IMG/VR virus record: IMGVR_UViG_3300032038_000022
Location: 54,860-118,859 of that record
DNA from: a virus
Taxonomy: Duplodnaviria; Caudoviricetes
Strand: one strand, 5' to 3'
DNA: 64,000 nucleotides
The number at the start of each line of letters is the position of its first letter. Position 1 is the stretch's first letter. Of the stretch, positions 31,025-42,100 are shown piece by piece. The position numbers and the translations under genes were made by a program. Under the pieces are notes generated by a model. That model worked only from the letters and a program-made list of their open reading frames with translations, was not told the origin of the DNA and did not search any database.

Positions 31025-32789
31025 ATACCTCTAATGTTAAATTTTGATTAATTTTTGATATATCTAATATATATCGTTTATTTTCAGGTCTGTAAGATAT
31101 ACAAAGAGAAGTACCAGGAACACCATCGAGACCATCATTTAATCTTACTGTATTTTGTTGATCTTCTTCTCCAAGGATTAATTTCTTTTCCTGATCACCA
31201 TTAATAACTATATTTATACCTCTTTTATTCTCATTGATAGGAATAAATGTTATATTAGTACTACCCCCTGGAATAACCTCTCTCTCTGTATAATCCACAT
31301 AGAATCCAGAATATTCAATTAGGGATATATAATACAGTGAATTAGATAAAGTATAATTAAATGTAACTGAACATGGTCTATCAAGAGTAAATGGAAATAT
31401 CATATCACTATTTTCTCCAGGCTTTAAAACTGAAATATCATATTCTACAGTTTCCATTATGTTCCCTTCTAAGACATACTCAACTATCAGACTAGTTATT
31501 GAATCGTGTCCGTAGAGTGGAAGTTTAATATTACTCTCTTCAGTCATATTTAATGAAACAGACTCTATAATTTCCCAATCATTGCCTGTATATTTTTTAA
31601 TTGTCCCAATACCTGATCCTACTACACATTCAAGAGGGATTGTATTTTGTCGTCCCTGTTTAGTAATTTTCAGATCAAATGCCTTTTTTTCAGTATAAGC
31701 ATAATAATTATCTTTTTCTGAGGCACTTAGTAGAATATATCCATTAATTGGTAAACAAGAGACTGTTTTTACTCCGCTTTTTGGAAATGTAAAGATATTA
31801 GGAGTAATCTGACAGCCATTGACATTTCTTCGGCCTGGCTGCCAACCCGGTCTAGGTGGTGGAACACGTATGTACGTAGTTATCATACATCTCGTTGTTC
31901 CAATTGGAATTTCATCTTCTATTTCCCAAGCATTAGATAGAAGTGGGTAATTTCCTCTATTATTATCAATTAAAGAGAGCCAAGTTTTGTCCCTCCAAGA
32001 TACTTTATCTCCTGCTTTATAAGTTATTCTTTTACTCCATATACCACTATCTTTAGAGGCATAATCTAATCTATTATCAATAATAGGGTGATTTTCTATT
32101 GTATTATTACCAACAATAGTATTAGAACTCAGATCCATCCATATATTATTGTCAACTTTCTCAACTACCTCTATACCAGCATCAACTACTGCTTTCTTAT
32201 CATTTCTTAAAAGATAGTCATTCATATTTCTATGAGGATTAATGTTCGTCAGCCAAGAAAAATAAGAAATATTTATATCTTCAACTACGGTTTCATCACC
32301 ATAAGTAATAATAAACCAAACCAATTTGGAGTATTTAATCTCATCCTCTTCAAATTTAGTGGTAAAGATTAAATGATCATCTTCATAGAATTCTGCAGAA
32401 CTGAACTTCTTCGGAACATTAACCATAAGAAGTTTTTGCTTATTTACAGAAATAGTACCAAAATATCCGAGCAATGAAGGATCTTCTTCAGTAGAACTTA
32501 ATGTCGGAAAGAATGTTTTTGATACTTTTTTAATATCATCTAAGTCTTTTCCTATCTCCTCTTTTCTTTCATCAACCAAGAAATCAAGGGGAGACCTTGA
32601 GTTATACTTTAATTTACGAACGAGGAAGTCCCAGCCATATTCATTAAAGTCATCAAGTTCTAAGAGGCTTGTATCGCTTCCATAATATTTAATTAATTCT
32701 CTATCCTCACCTTTTATAACAATCTTATTTATCGTTTTAAACTGAGGATTAGGATTCATTTTTTTCTCATCTTCGTAAATTACTTTCAT
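31014..32789 (-). CDS. Baseplate/tail protein with CBM5/12-like module
   Basis: WSKRITYKAGDKVSWRDKTWLSLIDNNRGNYP..AW. Confidence 0.5.
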   Translation of the reverse strand: MKVIYEDEKKMNPNPQFKTINKIVIKGEDRELIKYYGSDTSLLELDDFNEYGWDFLVRKLKYNSRSPLDFLVDERKEEIGKDLDDIKKVSKTFFPTLSSTEEDPSLLGYFGTISVNKQKLLMVNVPKKFSSAEFYEDDHLIFTTKFEEDEIKYSKLVWFIITYGDETVVEDINISYFSWLTNINPHRNMNDYLLRNDKKAVVDAGIEVVEKVDNNIWMDLSSNTIVGNNTIENHPIIDNRLDYASKDSGIWSKRITYKAGDKVSWRDKTWLSLIDNNRGNYPLLSNAWEIEDEIPIGTTRCMITTYIRVPPPRPGWQPGRRNVNGCQITPNIFTFPKSGVKTVSCLPINGYILLSASEKDNYYAYTEKKAFDLKITKQGRQNTIPLECVVGSGIGTIKKYTGNDWEIIESVSLNMTEESNIKLPLYGHDSITSLIVEYVLEGNIMETVEYDISVLKPGENSDMIFPFTLDRPCSVTFNYTLSNSLYYISLIEYSGFYVDYTEREVIPGGSTNITFIPINENKRGINIVINGDQEKKLILGEEDQQNTVRLNDGLDGVPGTSLCISYRPENKRYILDISKINQNLTLEVYGN

Positions 32790-33319
32790 TGTCCCTCTTC
32801 TTTTGCTTCATAATATTGAAATAAAAACGAACCTGAGTTAATGCTGGTTACTGCATTTCCATCAACCTCTGCTCTTATTTCACCGATGTCCAGTATAATA
32901 GATTTAAAGTATAAGAGTGCGCAGATAAATCCTTCAAAATATTCACAGAATAGTGTCTTATCTACACTTATACTTTCAACTGTCATACTTAATGTTCTTA
33001 CTGTATATGTTATTTGTGTAGTAGTATCTATATTTTCCCAGTCCTTCAAGATCCCAAAAGCTGTAATATAATCAAGAACCTTGTAAGTTCCTTTTACACT
33101 ATAAAAAAGAGTTGCTAGATAATTTATCTTTTCAATCTTTTTATCTTCTTCTCCAACATAAATTAGATTTAAAAATCTACGAACAGGATCAGTCTTCATT
33201 ATATATTGATAATCACTAAAGGAGTCTGTCTCTGCTGTATATTCATAATTTCTAATCATGTTGTATAACATATCAATAAGCTTTATCTTTCTTAAGTGCT
33301 TTGGTATATAAATTTTCAT
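32786..33319 (-). CDS. Baseplate wedge protein (gpI/gp7-like)
   Basis: Follows the gp6/J-like gene; LATLFYSVKGTYKVLDYI matches the 'y..KGT...l' wedge motif. Confidence 0.55.
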   Translation of the reverse strand: MKIYIPKHLRKIKLIDMLYNMIRNYEYTAETDSFSDYQYIMKTDPVRRFLNLIYVGEEDKKIEKINYLATLFYSVKGTYKVLDYITAFGILKDWENIDTTTQITYTVRTLSMTVESISVDKTLFCEYFEGFICALLYFKSIILDIGEIRAEVDGNAVTSINSGSFLFQYYEAKEEGQ

Positions 33320-34935
33320 TACACATTATTGTTTGTTAAAGTAACTGTTGCAGAAATACTATACTTGATATTAAAATAAGAATTATCTATGATATCATCT
33401 GCATTTACCGCTACATTATTTGGACTAAGATAGGAAATTGATAATGAATTGATCTTTTTAACGTTTGAAATTTTATTAATAAGTGATCTAATTTCATTAA
33501 TTGTAGATTCATTAAATTCTATATCAAATTTTCTTTGATACCCATCCTGAAGAATCTCTTTACCAATCAAAGTTTCCCAATCTTCACTACTATTATTAAA
33601 TAATTCTAAACTTATATCAAAAATTGCTGTATATTGATTTCCTTTTTTTATATCAATAGTATCTGTAACATAATAAGCTAGTTTTTCCTTCTTAAATTTC
33701 TCCTCTGCTTCTTTACTTAGAAGTTTGGATTCATTAATTGGAATGTAATAAATAACTACACTACTAGTTGTTACATTACCAGTTCTAAAAACATAGGTTG
33801 TACCTCCACTTTTGATAATATCGGGATAAGCCTCCTCTAACACAACACCAATGTCTGAATTTGATCTAAGGATAGAATTAACGTATCTATCTCGATTAGC
33901 TTTATAGTGAATAGTACCTAATCCATCACGAGGTACAGCATTAATAAAACAAAGCCCTTTAGATAATTGTTCTAAACCTTGTGATGTTAGCCACTCTTCA
34001 TCAAAGTCAATAAGCTCTGCTCCTTGAACTTTAAGACGGCTAAGTTCAACTTCATTGTATTCATCTAGTTCTGAGTATTTGAAATACTTTGCTTGAATAT
34101 TAGCGTTAGTCGTCATTCCTATAATTTCCTCTGAATTTCTTCCAGATATATCTTTATAGAAATCCGCAAAATAAAGTCTAGAACCAAAATTAGGAAGAGT
34201 AAGATCAAATATAGAATGGTCTAGTATGTGCTCAGCAAAGATTCTAGTCCTATTCTTCTTTTCTCCTTCAACAGTAACATACATATCATCACTAAGATTA
34301 TCTTCATAACAATCTTTGAAATATGTATTATAGGTATTTACAGGTTCCCATTGCGTCTCTACAGCCTCTTTTGCTAGAAATCCTATAATAGTATAACATT
34401 CATCATCTTGTGTTGCTGGATAAAATGTTTTAGAACCATAGATAAATTTTCCATCAATACTATTATAATCAATAGTAGCTGTTGTTGGAATATTGACATC
34501 TACAGTAGTCGTTGTCTGCGTTGAAGCTGAATTCATAACAACTTTAGAAGAGGATTCATTTAAATTAGAAAGCGACTCTTCATTAGACCAATATCCTAGA
34601 TAATAAACCCTAAAATTTTGACTTGTTATAAGCTCTTGATAAGGAACCAAAGTTAAGTATTTAGTTGGCTTAATCTTCAATACTACTCTTGGACATGACC
34701 CCCTAAATACACTATACATATCATCTACACAATGCTGTATTTTAGAATTCATTAGAGAACATTTTTCTAGAGATGCTTCCTTCATATAAGCTACATTCTC
34801 GACTTCACCTATGTAAGATGCATTAGCTAAGAGTTGTACTAAAACTTCTACTCCCTGGCCTGTATAACCTAAGTTTTTACCAACTTCTCTAAATTTTTCT
34901 ATATAATCTTGTAAACTTTTCATATCATTAACCAA
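33319..34935 (-). CDS. Baseplate wedge protein (T4 gp6/P2 gpJ-like)
   Basis: N-terminal YTGQGVEVLVQLLANASY...AYMKEASLEKCSLMNS resembles the gp6 N-terminus; position after the gp25-like gene. Confidence 0.65.
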   Translation of the reverse strand: MVNDMKSLQDYIEKFREVGKNLGYTGQGVEVLVQLLANASYIGEVENVAYMKEASLEKCSLMNSKIQHCVDDMYSVFRGSCPRVVLKIKPTKYLTLVPYQELITSQNFRVYYLGYWSNEESLSNLNESSSKVVMNSASTQTTTTVDVNIPTTATIDYNSIDGKFIYGSKTFYPATQDDECYTIIGFLAKEAVETQWEPVNTYNTYFKDCYEDNLSDDMYVTVEGEKKNRTRIFAEHILDHSIFDLTLPNFGSRLYFADFYKDISGRNSEEIIGMTTNANIQAKYFKYSELDEYNEVELSRLKVQGAELIDFDEEWLTSQGLEQLSKGLCFINAVPRDGLGTIHYKANRDRYVNSILRSNSDIGVVLEEAYPDIIKSGGTTYVFRTGNVTTSSVVIYYIPINESKLLSKEAEEKFKKEKLAYYVTDTIDIKKGNQYTAIFDISLELFNNSSEDWETLIGKEILQDGYQRKFDIEFNESTINEIRSLINKISNVKKINSLSISYLSPNNVAVNADDIIDNSYFNIKYSISATVTLTNNNV

Positions 34936-35257
34936 TATTAATTTCTATATTGTCACTCTCTTGGTTTACACTTACACTAACTCTAATGCGCGTTTCATCA
35001 AGAATTTCAATTTTTTCCAAATTTATACTAACACCAGACTTGAATTGATTGCTAATTTTACTAACTAAAGAACTTACTCGACTGTTAACTACAGATTCAA
35101 GCTCATCTTTTTTGGTGTCAGTAAGAATAAAGTCAAACCCTATTCCTTTATTCCCCGGTATATCACCTGGGAAAATCAAGAGATTTAGTTTAAATAAATC
35201 TAAAATATATCTCTCAATTTTTTCAGTAGTTTTTCCAGTACTAAGTAGGTATTTCAT
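34928..35257 (-). CDS. Baseplate gp25/gpW-like sheath initiator
   Basis: 109 aa; PGDIPGNKGIGFD resembles the GE.P..P.FG motif; synteny. Confidence 0.55.
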   Translation of the reverse strand: MKYLLSTGKTTEKIERYILDLFKLNLLIFPGDIPGNKGIGFDFILTDTKKDELESVVNSRVSSLVSKISNQFKSGVSINLEKIEILDETRIRVSVSVNQESDNIEINIG

Positions 35258-35259
35258 AA

Positions 35260-35766
35260 TTATAATATACTTGTAAATGATGCTACACCAATAAATGATT
35301 CATGAGATCCAGATGCTGTCGGAGTCGCTTTTTTAAGTCCATCAATTATCTCCTGACATACATGAGTCATTGCTGATTGCTGATTATCTGCCATACTTGG
35401 TGTAAATGTTATTGTAGGTATTACAAAAGCTGGAGATAATGCAAAGCCTGTTGGCCACTGAATTACCCATAAAGACGCATTGGCATTAAGAGTTGATGCA
35501 AAGGTAGATAATGCTGAAGCACAATCAGTAGCTCCACTCGGGGATAATGATCCAGAAGTTTTTATTTTCGCCTGAATCACTATCATAGGGTCTGGAACAT
35601 TATCTGGTGGAGGGGTTGTGGCTTCCCAAGCATAAAAAACTTGGGCATTAGCTTCTATATAATCACATAAACTTTTATAAAATTTATTATTCGCATCTAC
35701 AGCATCTGAAACCTGATTAATACTACCTATGATGGAACTTGCCATCGCACTTGCTACCATTGCCAT
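35260..35766 (-). CDS. Hypothetical baseplate-associated protein
   Basis: 168-aa ORF between the spike and gp25-like genes. Confidence 0.45.
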   Translation of the reverse strand: MAMVASAMASSIIGSINQVSDAVDANNKFYKSLCDYIEANAQVFYAWEATTPPPDNVPDPMIVIQAKIKTSGSLSPSGATDCASALSTFASTLNANASLWVIQWPTGFALSPAFVIPTITFTPSMADNQQSAMTHVCQEIIDGLKKATPTASGSHESFIGVASFTSIL

Positions 35767-35787
35767 AATTATTTAATTATTTAGTAA

Positions 35788-36477
35788 TTAAGTCCCGGAT
35801 ACGATCGAGGCTGAATGTGGCGCACCCGAAAAAATGCAATTTTTAAGTCCACAATAAGGACCTTGCATATCTGGTGCTGCAGTTCCTTTTGTTTTTAGCA
35901 TTCCACCAGTGATTTCTACTTGTGCACCATCGACTTTTATATTTGGGGATTTAACCTCCGTATTTCCGGAAACTTCTATATTAGCATTTCCACTTACTTT
36001 AATTTCAGCATTTCCACCAATTTCCACTTTCAAGTTTCCATCAATTTTTACTTCATCATCAGCAGTAATATGGACTTTACCTGCACCTTCCATTTCAATC
36101 TCTAAGTTTCCACTAGAATCTACTTTAATCCAAGAAGTAGGTTCTGGGGTAGTATCCTCTTTATTTTTATCACAATATTCAGCATCTGGATCATGTATTC
36201 CTAGACGCATAAAATCAGCTGAAAATTTAATTTGTTTCCCTCTTGTTCTAATTCCTACAAAGGAATTGTCTTTAATTCTTTCGTAGAGGTAATAAGACTT
36301 ATAATCAGGGTCAACCTCCTTAAGAAATACTATATCGCCTACTCGAGGCTCATCAATTTCACTACGTTTAGGAAATGCTGGTAATCTCTTATTATAGCCT
36401 GGAATATCAACCAAAACTGCATATTCATCTCGGTCTAAAATCTCTACAATTTTTCCAAAAAATTCACTATTTTCCAT
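35788..36477 (-). CDS. Baseplate central spike (gp5/gpV-like)
   Basis: N-terminal OB-fold motif (EPRVGDIVFL) and VxGN beta-helix repeats (IDGNLKVEIGGNAEIKVSGNANIEVSGN). Confidence 0.75.
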   Translation of the reverse strand: MENSEFFGKIVEILDRDEYAVLVDIPGYNKRLPAFPKRSEIDEPRVGDIVFLKEVDPDYKSYYLYERIKDNSFVGIRTRGKQIKFSADFMRLGIHDPDAEYCDKNKEDTTPEPTSWIKVDSSGNLEIEMEGAGKVHITADDEVKIDGNLKVEIGGNAEIKVSGNANIEVSGNTEVKSPNIKVDGAQVEITGGMLKTKGTAAPDMQGPYCGLKNCIFSGAPHSASIVSGT

Positions 36478-36487
36478 ATTATAAATT

Positions 36488-37603
36488 TTATTGATCTGTT
36501 GGATCTAATTCCGTTCCCAAAGCTAATGATCCATTTTCCTCTAGTCCCATTAAGTTCGATGTCCACGAAAATCTAAATCCGTTATCATCAAACTCGTTAC
36601 ACTCTTCAGTGGACATAAATAATTCGTTACTCCTTACCAAAAAAAGTTTATATGGCCAAGTTGTTATATTGGGATGTTGAACTATACCTTCCTTTTTATA
36701 AACAATTACATCTCCAATTTTATATCTCGGCATTTCAAAAATCCTAATCCTAAAGTTATTAAAGAAATTTGATCTCATATAAAGAAGATTGTATTTTCTA
36801 TTTTCTTGAAGTGGAAGATAATCCGTGTGTACTACTTTTATACCATCATACCTTTTTTGAAATCTAAGATTCTTAGGTTCCCATTCAGAATAATCCTCAC
36901 CCTCCTTTTCAGCATTTTCCCAAGGATTATAAGGAAGATGATATATCTCGGGGTCATACTTTCTGAAATTAGGATCAATCTGTTCAAGGTTAGCATCTTC
37001 TCTAAGCCATATTTTTGGAGGGTCTTTTTCATTTTCACCTTTATGATTAAGCTTGCCATAAGTCTCTTTTATCATAAACCCTTCCCAACCAAAGGCAAAT
37101 ACGGATTCACGCTTGTAAGAGTAACAAAGACGCTCTATAAAATCATGATCAGTTTCGTTATTCTGATAATACTTAAGTTCAGGATTTTGAATATCTGTTT
37201 CAACTCTGAATTCTTTCTTTCCAGGATACAAAGCATTAATGGTCTCCTTTATCTTTGTATATTCCATCTGATGAAGATCTGTTACAAACTTCTTATCCTC
37301 TACACAAATAAAATATAAAGTAACATAATTATTTTCAAAATTTCTATTAATGATGAATATAGGAATTTCATAAATTAATCCTTCAGGCTTCTCATCTTTA
37401 AGAATAATTTTTCCTTTATGTTCAGTTTCAATCAAATTTCTAGCTGTTGGACTTCCATCATTTATCATCTGTATCTCTCCATATGCAACCCGTCCACCAA
37501 GTTCTTCATACATATGAACATACAGTAATTTATGATGACCATTTTCTTTATCAAACCAAGGCAAGAAATCAATAGATACTTTATATGAGTTCGTATATTT
37601 CAT
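36488..37603 (-). CDS. Baseplate hub (gp27/gpD-like)
   Basis: YYQNNETDHDFIERL matches the Q..ETD..F..RL hub motif; upstream of the spike. Confidence 0.7.
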   Translation of the reverse strand: MKYTNSYKVSIDFLPWFDKENGHHKLLYVHMYEELGGRVAYGEIQMINDGSPTARNLIETEHKGKIILKDEKPEGLIYEIPIFIINRNFENNYVTLYFICVEDKKFVTDLHQMEYTKIKETINALYPGKKEFRVETDIQNPELKYYQNNETDHDFIERLCYSYKRESVFAFGWEGFMIKETYGKLNHKGENEKDPPKIWLREDANLEQIDPNFRKYDPEIYHLPYNPWENAEKEGEDYSEWEPKNLRFQKRYDGIKVVHTDYLPLQENRKYNLLYMRSNFFNNFRIRIFEMPRYKIGDVIVYKKEGIVQHPNITTWPYKLFLVRSNELFMSTEECNEFDDNGFRFSWTSNLMGLEENGSLALGTELDPTDQ

Positions 37604-37905
37604 AACTTCTCTAATACTTTATTAATTTCTTCTTTTGGTAAAAGGGAAAGTACTGTTCCCTTTGTGTAATTCTCAAAAGAGGTACCACACAATAAAAACA
37701 GTACTCCCAAATATTTAACATCGCCATATACTTCTTCAGCAATAAGATCTGGTCGAAATTCAAAGGTTGTAATTGTATATGTAGTCCAATTTAATTTTGG
37801 ATCATTAATTAACTCTATAATCTCTGCATTATATACATCAAATCCCTCTATATAATTCGACAAATCTTGTTTACCTGAGGTCGTAATATTCTTTTTCTTA
37901 TACAT
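37600..37905 (-). CDS. Baseplate wedge LysM-like protein (T4 gp53/gpX-like)
   Basis: FRPDLIAEEVYGDVKY motif. Confidence 0.75.
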   Translation of the reverse strand: MYKKKNITTSGKQDLSNYIEGFDVYNAEIIELINDPKLNWTTYTITTFEFRPDLIAEEVYGDVKYLGVLFLLCGTSFENYTKGTVLSLLPKEEINKVLEKL

Positions 37906-37909
37906 ACTT

Positions 37910-39112
37910 TTATAAAACTATTTTATCACCACTCTTTTGAATGTGTGTTCGTAGCTCATTATTAATTTTATCTTTAGTTTGTTTTAAAGACTGACCTATA
38001 TTGGTATTAACCAGCTCAAGATAAGATTTTGTTGCTGGATCTTTACCACTCTTAGCATCAACGAACTGAATAAGCTTATTTTTAGAATATTTAGTTGCTG
38101 GTCTTAAACTAAGAGTAACGTCGCAATACATAGGTGTAAGATCTGGACCAGTTATTGAAGATGGATTTTTAACCATAGTTTTAGAAAATGTAAGATTACA
38201 GTTATTTATAACTAAGTTATCTAATGCATAAAAAGTTCCAAATCTAAGTTTTAAAGTTCCTTTCTGCACTATATCTACATCTTGTATTTCTGATTCGAAT
38301 CCACCTGGAGGTAATTGCCATGATGCAAATTTTTTAACAAACTCACCAAGATCACCATCTCCCAACTCCGTAACATCTATATAATCACCTATAATATACG
38401 GCATTATACCTTGAACCTGATCAATGACCGAAACAAACGTACTTCCTTCCCATTTTGGAAATAATGTAAATTTCATAATAAGATTTCCAAAAGCAATACC
38501 AGTTCCAGAATAATAAGAGAATCTTGTACCTTTAACAATTAATGCCCTAGAAAGATATTTTGCTTGTTCATCTAGCTTTTTTGCTCCAAATTTACTAATT
38601 GCATCTATTAGTTGGAAAGCACCTTTAGAAAGATTAGACAACTTAGTATCTGTATTTTGCAAATATGATTCAGTTTTTGAAGATATGTCAGCGAGACCTT
38701 TAGCAAATTCTCTCATATACGGGGCTGAAGCCTTATTATCATTCCACATATTTCCAATAGGATCACCACCAAAATCTGTCCAAGTATTTACTATATCAAC
38801 AGAAAAATCTTCATTACATAAAGCAACGGCAATGGGGATTGTTGAATATTTCCACATTTCCACCTCAGGAATTTCTGTTGTTTCCTCTGGATAAGCAACA
38901 TGCTTCCATTCTCCTGCAGCTGCACCATCTGCTTTGACATATACTGTATTTGGGTGTAATGATACTCTAAGTACAGGATTCTCTAATTGTTGATCATAAT
39001 AAAATCCACTAATATTTCTAGAAAAGTTATTATCTTTTGTCTTTCCAGCATTATTATTAGTTATACTGTATTTATCATCTAGCCAAGGATTAGTTTCAGT
39101 AATTTTTGCCAT
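37910..39112 (-). CDS. Putative tail tube initiator (gp48/gp54-like)
   Basis: Lies between the TMP and LysM genes; C-terminal NLVINNCNLTFS...PMYCDVTLSL pattern. Confidence 0.5.
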   Translation of the reverse strand: MAKITETNPWLDDKYSITNNNAGKTKDNNFSRNISGFYYDQQLENPVLRVSLHPNTVYVKADGAAAGEWKHVAYPEETTEIPEVEMWKYSTIPIAVALCNEDFSVDIVNTWTDFGGDPIGNMWNDNKASAPYMREFAKGLADISSKTESYLQNTDTKLSNLSKGAFQLIDAISKFGAKKLDEQAKYLSRALIVKGTRFSYYSGTGIAFGNLIMKFTLFPKWEGSTFVSVIDQVQGIMPYIIGDYIDVTELGDGDLGEFVKKFASWQLPPGGFESEIQDVDIVQKGTLKLRFGTFYALDNLVINNCNLTFSKTMVKNPSSITGPDLTPMYCDVTLSLRPATKYSKNKLIQFVDAKSGKDPATKSYLELVNTNIGQSLKQTKDKINNELRTHIQKSGDKIVL

Positions 39113-39129
39113 AATATATTTATTTATTT

Positions 39130-42100
39130 TTATCCTAAACTTCTACCAGACATCGCTTTGGTAAAAGAGTCGTGTTCTCTTAAACTATTAATAACTGGCG
39201 GCGTTGGTCTATTACCTGCCCAAGTTTCATCAGCAACAGCAGCTACTCCTTTGGCAATAAGAGTTGAGATATCATTACCCTTCTTTAGCTCTTGAAGGAT
39301 AAGCTCATTATTTCCTCCTACTTTTCCTCCATCAGCATAGCCATTAGAATTCTTAGTTTTTATTCTTACGTTTTCAATAGAGTTAATTAATCTTGGATTA
39401 GCTTTAACAAGCTCAGCTGGAATTACGTATTCTCCTTTATGTACAATACCAGCAGGTTCATATTTACCACCTGGACCAGTATAACCACCGGAAGTAAAAC
39501 CCCCTATAACATTATCTCCTTCCGGTAATGTCCGTTGCCAAAATGGAATTTTACCATGATATTCAGTGTCCGGTTGCCTTTTCGTTACGTAATTTTTGTA
39601 TGCTGTCTTTCCCTCAGTCGTGGTAACTTTGCCTCTTTGATTCATTTTATATCCTTTTTGATTCATTTTTTTCGTAAGTATAGCTAACCGACGATTTCTA
39701 GCACCTTTATTTTTCCCATAACCACCATCAAAAATTTCTCTAATTTCATTTTTTGGCATACCAGTTACTTCAGAAGCTTCACGAATACTATTTTCTCTAA
39801 TTTCCCAGTTCTTAGATGAAATATAAGCTCCATCATGAGTATCCCAAGCATTCATAAAATTTTCAGCTCTTTTTCTATTAGCTTCCTCTGGAGTAATCTT
39901 TCCAAATTTTTCATCTAAATAGATTGCATTGCTTTTCTCGAAAAAGTTAAGTTTATCATACATTAGATCTTGTGTCCGGAGATAAGTTTCATTAAGATCT
40001 GACAATGCTATACCGAGGTGATTTAAAGCATCTTCACCATATTTTTCATATAATTTTCTAACTTCCTGTAGATATGTTTCACCAGCTTTTCCTATACTAG
40101 AGAATTCTTTAGCTAAGTCATTTCTATTTTGTTTTAGATATAGTTCATGCTTCGAATTAGCTTTTTTTATTCTTTCTACTTCTTCTTTACTTTTTCCGTC
40201 AATTTCTTGCATGTTTTTAGAAGCTATTTCTACGTCATCGCATACTTGTTTCCACATTTTATCATATAATTCTGCTAATTCCTGGGCAGATAACTTAGAA
40301 TTTTCTACAGTAATTTCAAAAAATTTATCAAAATTTTCTTTTTTATGTATAGCTTCAGCTAATTTAAGACGTGCAGCTGTTCTTTTTTTATTTTCTTCAT
40401 CAACCTTTCCAATAGTATAATTTGAATCACCTTCACGAGTACTTATCTCATTTGTCTGATAAACGTCACGCTTTCTCTCAAGTTCTCCTATTCTAAACTG
40501 GAGTTCTCGTTGAGTTGAAGAATCTTTTGAAACTTTTAACTCATCTTTTAAATTTTTTATCCCGTTAACAACTTCTTCATATTCGTCCCCATGAAGAACT
40601 CTAGCTTTAAAATCTTTATATTTTTCTTCTTCAGCATTAAAACTATTTCCTTTTCTATTTCCTTTTTGATACTCTTCAAAATAATTATCTCTAAATAATT
40701 TATCGGCACCCTCTGTATTTCCAGTAAGTAATAACTCATATAACTTGCCTATTGTATCTTTCTTAGTGCCAAAAGAATGCGATCCAAAATGACTTTTAGT
40801 TGCTAAACCATTTTTTGAAAATAAATTATCTGATATATTTAATAGTTTATCTTCTGCAGACGAGCTTATATTATATCCTCTTTCCCAAGCTTTAATATTG
40901 GAAATAAGATGTTGACGCTTATCTTTAGGCATTTCCTTCCAACCCTTTATAAAATCATCAAAAGATTGGGAAGAATTCTCTTTAAAATACTGAGAATGTT
41001 TTGTCCAAAGCTGGGCACCTTGATTTACAACCGCCATATCTTTATTTTCTTTTTCCACTTCTTTTGGAGATTTAACATCAAATGGTTTCCATGAACTTAC
41101 AGTCCAATTCGCTCCATCAGACGCATAAATATCTCCACCGGAAGAGTAATAGCCTCCACTACTTGAAATATAACCACTAGCATCGCTGTCAGGGAAATAA
41201 TCTTGTTGCAATGAATTTGTATAAGATCCAGCTCCTCCTTTAGCTACGGTATCAGCTATAAATTGAGCAATAATAGGATAATCCTTTCCTTGTGGATGAA
41301 ATCCTGGAACGGGAATCTTAAGCTTATCTTTAATCTGATAAAGATCTATAACTTCCCAACTGTTTCTTTTACACATCTCCACAATTCCAGCATTAAGTTG
41401 CTGTATTAAAGATTCTGGAAATCTATTATCTTGACATGGAAGACTTGTGATATAGTACACCTTTGCCGAGCCACAATTCTTTCCTATAGACTCAATATTA
41501 CTTAAAGCTTTTTGAAGGTTAATATCTGGACCTTCATTAAGGGCGTCACTAATTATAATTGTATTTGCTCCTTGACTAATAGCATATTTAACAAATTGAA
41601 TAATATGTTTTGCATTAGCACCACCCAAGAATGTTCCTTGTCTTGTTGGAGGGACCATTCCACTTTTGGATGCTTGTATACCTATTGGGGTAAATCCTTT
41701 AGCTTGTAATTTTTTCTCTAAATTACCATTAATCCAGTACCCTTGCATCCAAGAATCACCACAACAACCTATTTTTGCACCAGAAGAAACTGATCCTGCT
41801 GTAGCTGTAGGCATAGAAATATTTCCTAAACTAACTCCACCATTCGATGAAACTAATTCCTTATATACACCTGCACCAAATCTCATTCTCTTATTATAAT
41901 TCTGAGCACCTGTTACACCAGCATAAGATTTTCCTTGCCATACATACTGTAGGTTATCGTTATAGGCATCATAACCCATAAATTTTTCATAATGACGCCC
42001 CCAACCGATAGCAGCTAATCGAATACTATCTTGTTCTGATTTTCCTTGTGTTGCTTGTTTTATTATTCTTATAGCTTTATTAGAGTTATCACTTTGTCCA

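Noticed and set aside
31825-31870. GC-rich patch in 31014..32789
   Set aside because: Explained by the Pro/Arg/Gly codons of RVPPPRPGWQPGRR; no repeat or element ends seen.
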